NCBI GenBank assembly: GCA_035493475.1
Contig: DATJIF010000029.1
Span: 102,163 to 126,162 of the forward strand
Direction of reading: 5' to 3'
DNA length: 24,000 nucleotides
Source of the DNA: Actinospica sp.
GTDB lineage: Bacteria > Actinomycetota > Actinomycetes > Streptomycetales > Catenulisporaceae
Every line of letters starts with the position of its first letter. Within the stretch, counting starts at the first letter, position 1. Below, in pieces: positions 22,183 through 24,000 of the stretch. A program made the position numbers and the translations under genes. Under the pieces are notes generated by a model. It did not search any database. It was not told where the DNA came from and saw nothing but the letters and a program-made list of their open reading frames with translations.

Positions 22183-23979
22183 CTACTCCTGTTCGTCGGT
22201 TCCGGTCCGCGCCGAGCCCTCGGCACGGTCCTGCGGCGGTGCGTCCTGCACGGAATCCCGCGCCTGAGACTGATCCTGCTGCCCCGGACCGGGCAGCACG
22301 AAGCGGCCGGGCGAACGCTCGAGCCGCGCCGAGGCCGCACCCGGTGGCGCGCCGGCCCCGGCGCGCACCAGGCCGCGCTGCATCGAGGAGGCCGTCGGCA
22401 GCCTGCGGTTGCGCTGATGGTGCTGCGAGTCCTCCGGCTCCAGCCTGATCGGCGAGTGCAGCAGTTCGGTCCCGACGGTGCGCGGGACGGTCAGCCGGAA
22501 CTGGGTGCCGCCGCCCGGCTCGCCCCACGCCTGCAGCCAGCCGCGGTGCAGCTTGGCGTCCTCCAGCGCGATCGACAGGCCGAGGCCGGTGCCGCCGGTG
22601 GTGCGGGCACGCGCCGGATCGGCCCGCCAGAACCGGTTGAACACCAGCGAGGACTCGCCGGGACGCAGGCCCACGCCGTAGTCGCGCACGCTCACCGCCA
22701 CCGCGTCCTCGTCCGCCGCGATGGTCACCACGACGTCCTTGCCCTCGCCGTGCTCGATCGCGTTGACCACCAGGTTGCGCAGGATCCTGTCGATGCGCCG
22801 GGTGTCGACCTCGGCGACCGTCGGCTGCTCCGGGAAGCGGGTGACCATCCGGCTGCCCTTGCGCTCGGCCAGCGGAAGCGCCCCGTCGACCACCTTCTGT
22901 GTCAGCACCCGAAGGTCCACCGGCTCCGCGTCGAGCACAGCGGCGCCCGCGTCGAAGCGGCTGATCTCCAGCAGGTCGGCCAGCAGCACCTCGAAACGGT
23001 CCAGCTGCGTCTGCAACAGCTCCGCCGAGCGCGCCACGGTCGGGTCGAAGCTCTCCCGCTCGTCGTGGATCAGGTCCGCGGCCATCCGCACGGTGGTCAG
23101 CGGCGTACGCAGCTCGTGCGAGACGTCCGAGACGAACCGGCGCTGCATCCGGGAGAGCTCCTCGAGCCGCCGGATCTGGCTCTGCAGATTCATCGCCATC
23201 TTGTTGAACGAAGTGGCGAGCGAGGCGAGGTCGTCCTCGCCGCGCACCCGCATCTGCTCGTCCAGCCGCCCGGCGGCCAGCCGCTCGGCGATCGCCGCGG
23301 CCATCCGCACCGGCGTGACCACCTGCCGCGTCACGAACCAGGCGATCACCGCGAGCGCCAGCACCAGCACGATCCCGGCCAGCGCCAGCGACTCCTCGAC
23401 GATGTTCAGGGTCTGCTGGTCCTGCGCCAGCGGGAAGACGTAGTAGATCTCGGCGCTCAGCCCGCCGCCGACGCTCACCAGCTGCCCGAACAGCACGGCG
23501 GGCTCCGGCACCGTGTCGTAGACGCTGAAGGGCTGGTTCGCGTAGACCGGATTGCTGATCTTGAGCCGGAACTCGGCCGGGATCTGCCTCGGGTCGAGGC
23601 CGCCGGTGGTCTGGGTGTCGATCGGACCTGCGTCGTCGCCCTCGAGCACGAGCGCCACCTGGTAGAGCTGCCCGCCCGCCGAACCGTCGTTGAGCTGCTG
23701 GAAAAGCTTGCTCGCCGCGTCCTTGAGGTTCGTGTCGTTGAGCGAGCCGCTGCTGTAGTTGTTCAGGTCGGAGCGTGCGATGGTGAAGCCCGACTCGGCG
23801 ATGCCGGTGGCCACGCTCAGCCGCGTCGTCTGCAGCCCGCGCGCCACCCGGTCGGCGACGAACTCGCCGAGGCCGACCGCCACCACGATGGAGAGCACCA
23901 TCGAGACGGCGACCACCCGGAACTGCAGGGATCGCCGCCACCGGCCCCTGATCCGGCCGGGCAGGCGCAGCGCGGCCAC
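22183..23979 (-). CDS. mtrB: sensor histidine kinase MtrB (5' end possibly beyond the window)
   Basis: It has a TM segment (FRVVAVSMVLSIVVAVGLG) and a second TM plus HAMP. The H-box is SHELRTPLTT, the N-box is NLVVNAIEHG and the G-box is GGTGLGLSIA. The GTG at 23979 is the first start in the window, but the frame stays open to nt 24000. Confidence 0.92.
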   Translation of the reverse strand: MAALRLPGRIRGRWRRSLQFRVVAVSMVLSIVVAVGLGEFVADRVARGLQTTRLSVATGIAESGFTIARSDLNNYSSGSLNDTNLKDAASKLFQQLNDGSAGGQLYQVALVLEGDDAGPIDTQTTGGLDPRQIPAEFRLKISNPVYANQPFSVYDTVPEPAVLFGQLVSVGGGLSAEIYYVFPLAQDQQTLNIVEESLALAGIVLVLALAVIAWFVTRQVVTPVRMAAAIAERLAAGRLDEQMRVRGEDDLASLATSFNKMAMNLQSQIRRLEELSRMQRRFVSDVSHELRTPLTTVRMAADLIHDERESFDPTVARSAELLQTQLDRFEVLLADLLEISRFDAGAAVLDAEPVDLRVLTQKVVDGALPLAERKGSRMVTRFPEQPTVAEVDTRRIDRILRNLVVNAIEHGEGKDVVVTIAADEDAVAVSVRDYGVGLRPGESSLVFNRFWRADPARARTTGGTGLGLSIALEDAKLHRGWLQAWGEPGGGTQFRLTVPRTVGTELLHSPIRLEPEDSQHHQRNRRLPTASSMQRGLVRAGAGAPPGAASARLERSPGRFVLPGPGQQDQSQARDSVQDAPPQDRAEGSARTGTDEQE

Positions 23980-24000
23980 GCCCCACCGGCGCCACCTCCG

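Noticed and set aside
22181-23995. Extension of the lpqB frame to a 1249-aa ORF covering mtrB.
   Set aside because: The extension is Arg/Ala/Gly/Pro-rich nonsense, while the overlapping frame encodes a complete histidine kinase with H, N and G boxes. The lipoprotein signal peptide defines the lpqB start at about 22180.

Overview
High-GC actinomycete (Streptomyces-like) DNA with two distinct parts. The right part (about 17.5-24 kb, all on the minus strand) is an ordinary conserved core block. It reads mtrB (sensor kinase, frame open to the window edge), lpqB, a ComF-family phosphoribosyltransferase, long-form hpf, and a NarL/LuxR-type response regulator. The left 17.4 kb is a mosaic accessory 'conflict' region with visibly less GC-biased codon usage in places. 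It contains: (i) an uncharacterised protein with a PD-(D/E)xK-like motif. (ii) A convergent single-gene HNH-nuclease/P-loop STAND-like protein (Avs-like layout). (iii) An N-terminally truncated Rhs/YD-repeat polymorphic toxin (Rhs core, Cys-rich linker, PT-HINT, restriction-endonuclease-fold toxin) with a start/stop-overlapping HEAT-repeat immunity gene. (iv) A decayed IS630-family transposase abutting a tRNA 3'-end remnant. (v) A tyrosine integrase flanked by phased GTGGTCGC repeats. (vi) The most interesting locus (11.1-17.4 kb), made of two divergent operons. One encodes a dual-XRE-HTH/TPR-like protein followed by a TIR protein. The other encodes a small Bell/HeLo-like protein, a 724-aa STAND-like protein with a degenerate P-loop, and two translationally coupled unknown proteins. 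The TIR C-terminus, the small protein's C-terminus and the STAND-like N-terminus share a short repeat motif. This is the layout of NLR-associated amyloid/prion-like signalling, here apparently wiring two different executioners to one sensor. I found no rRNA, no complete tRNA and no CRISPR array. All domain calls come from reading the translations by eye; no database search was possible.
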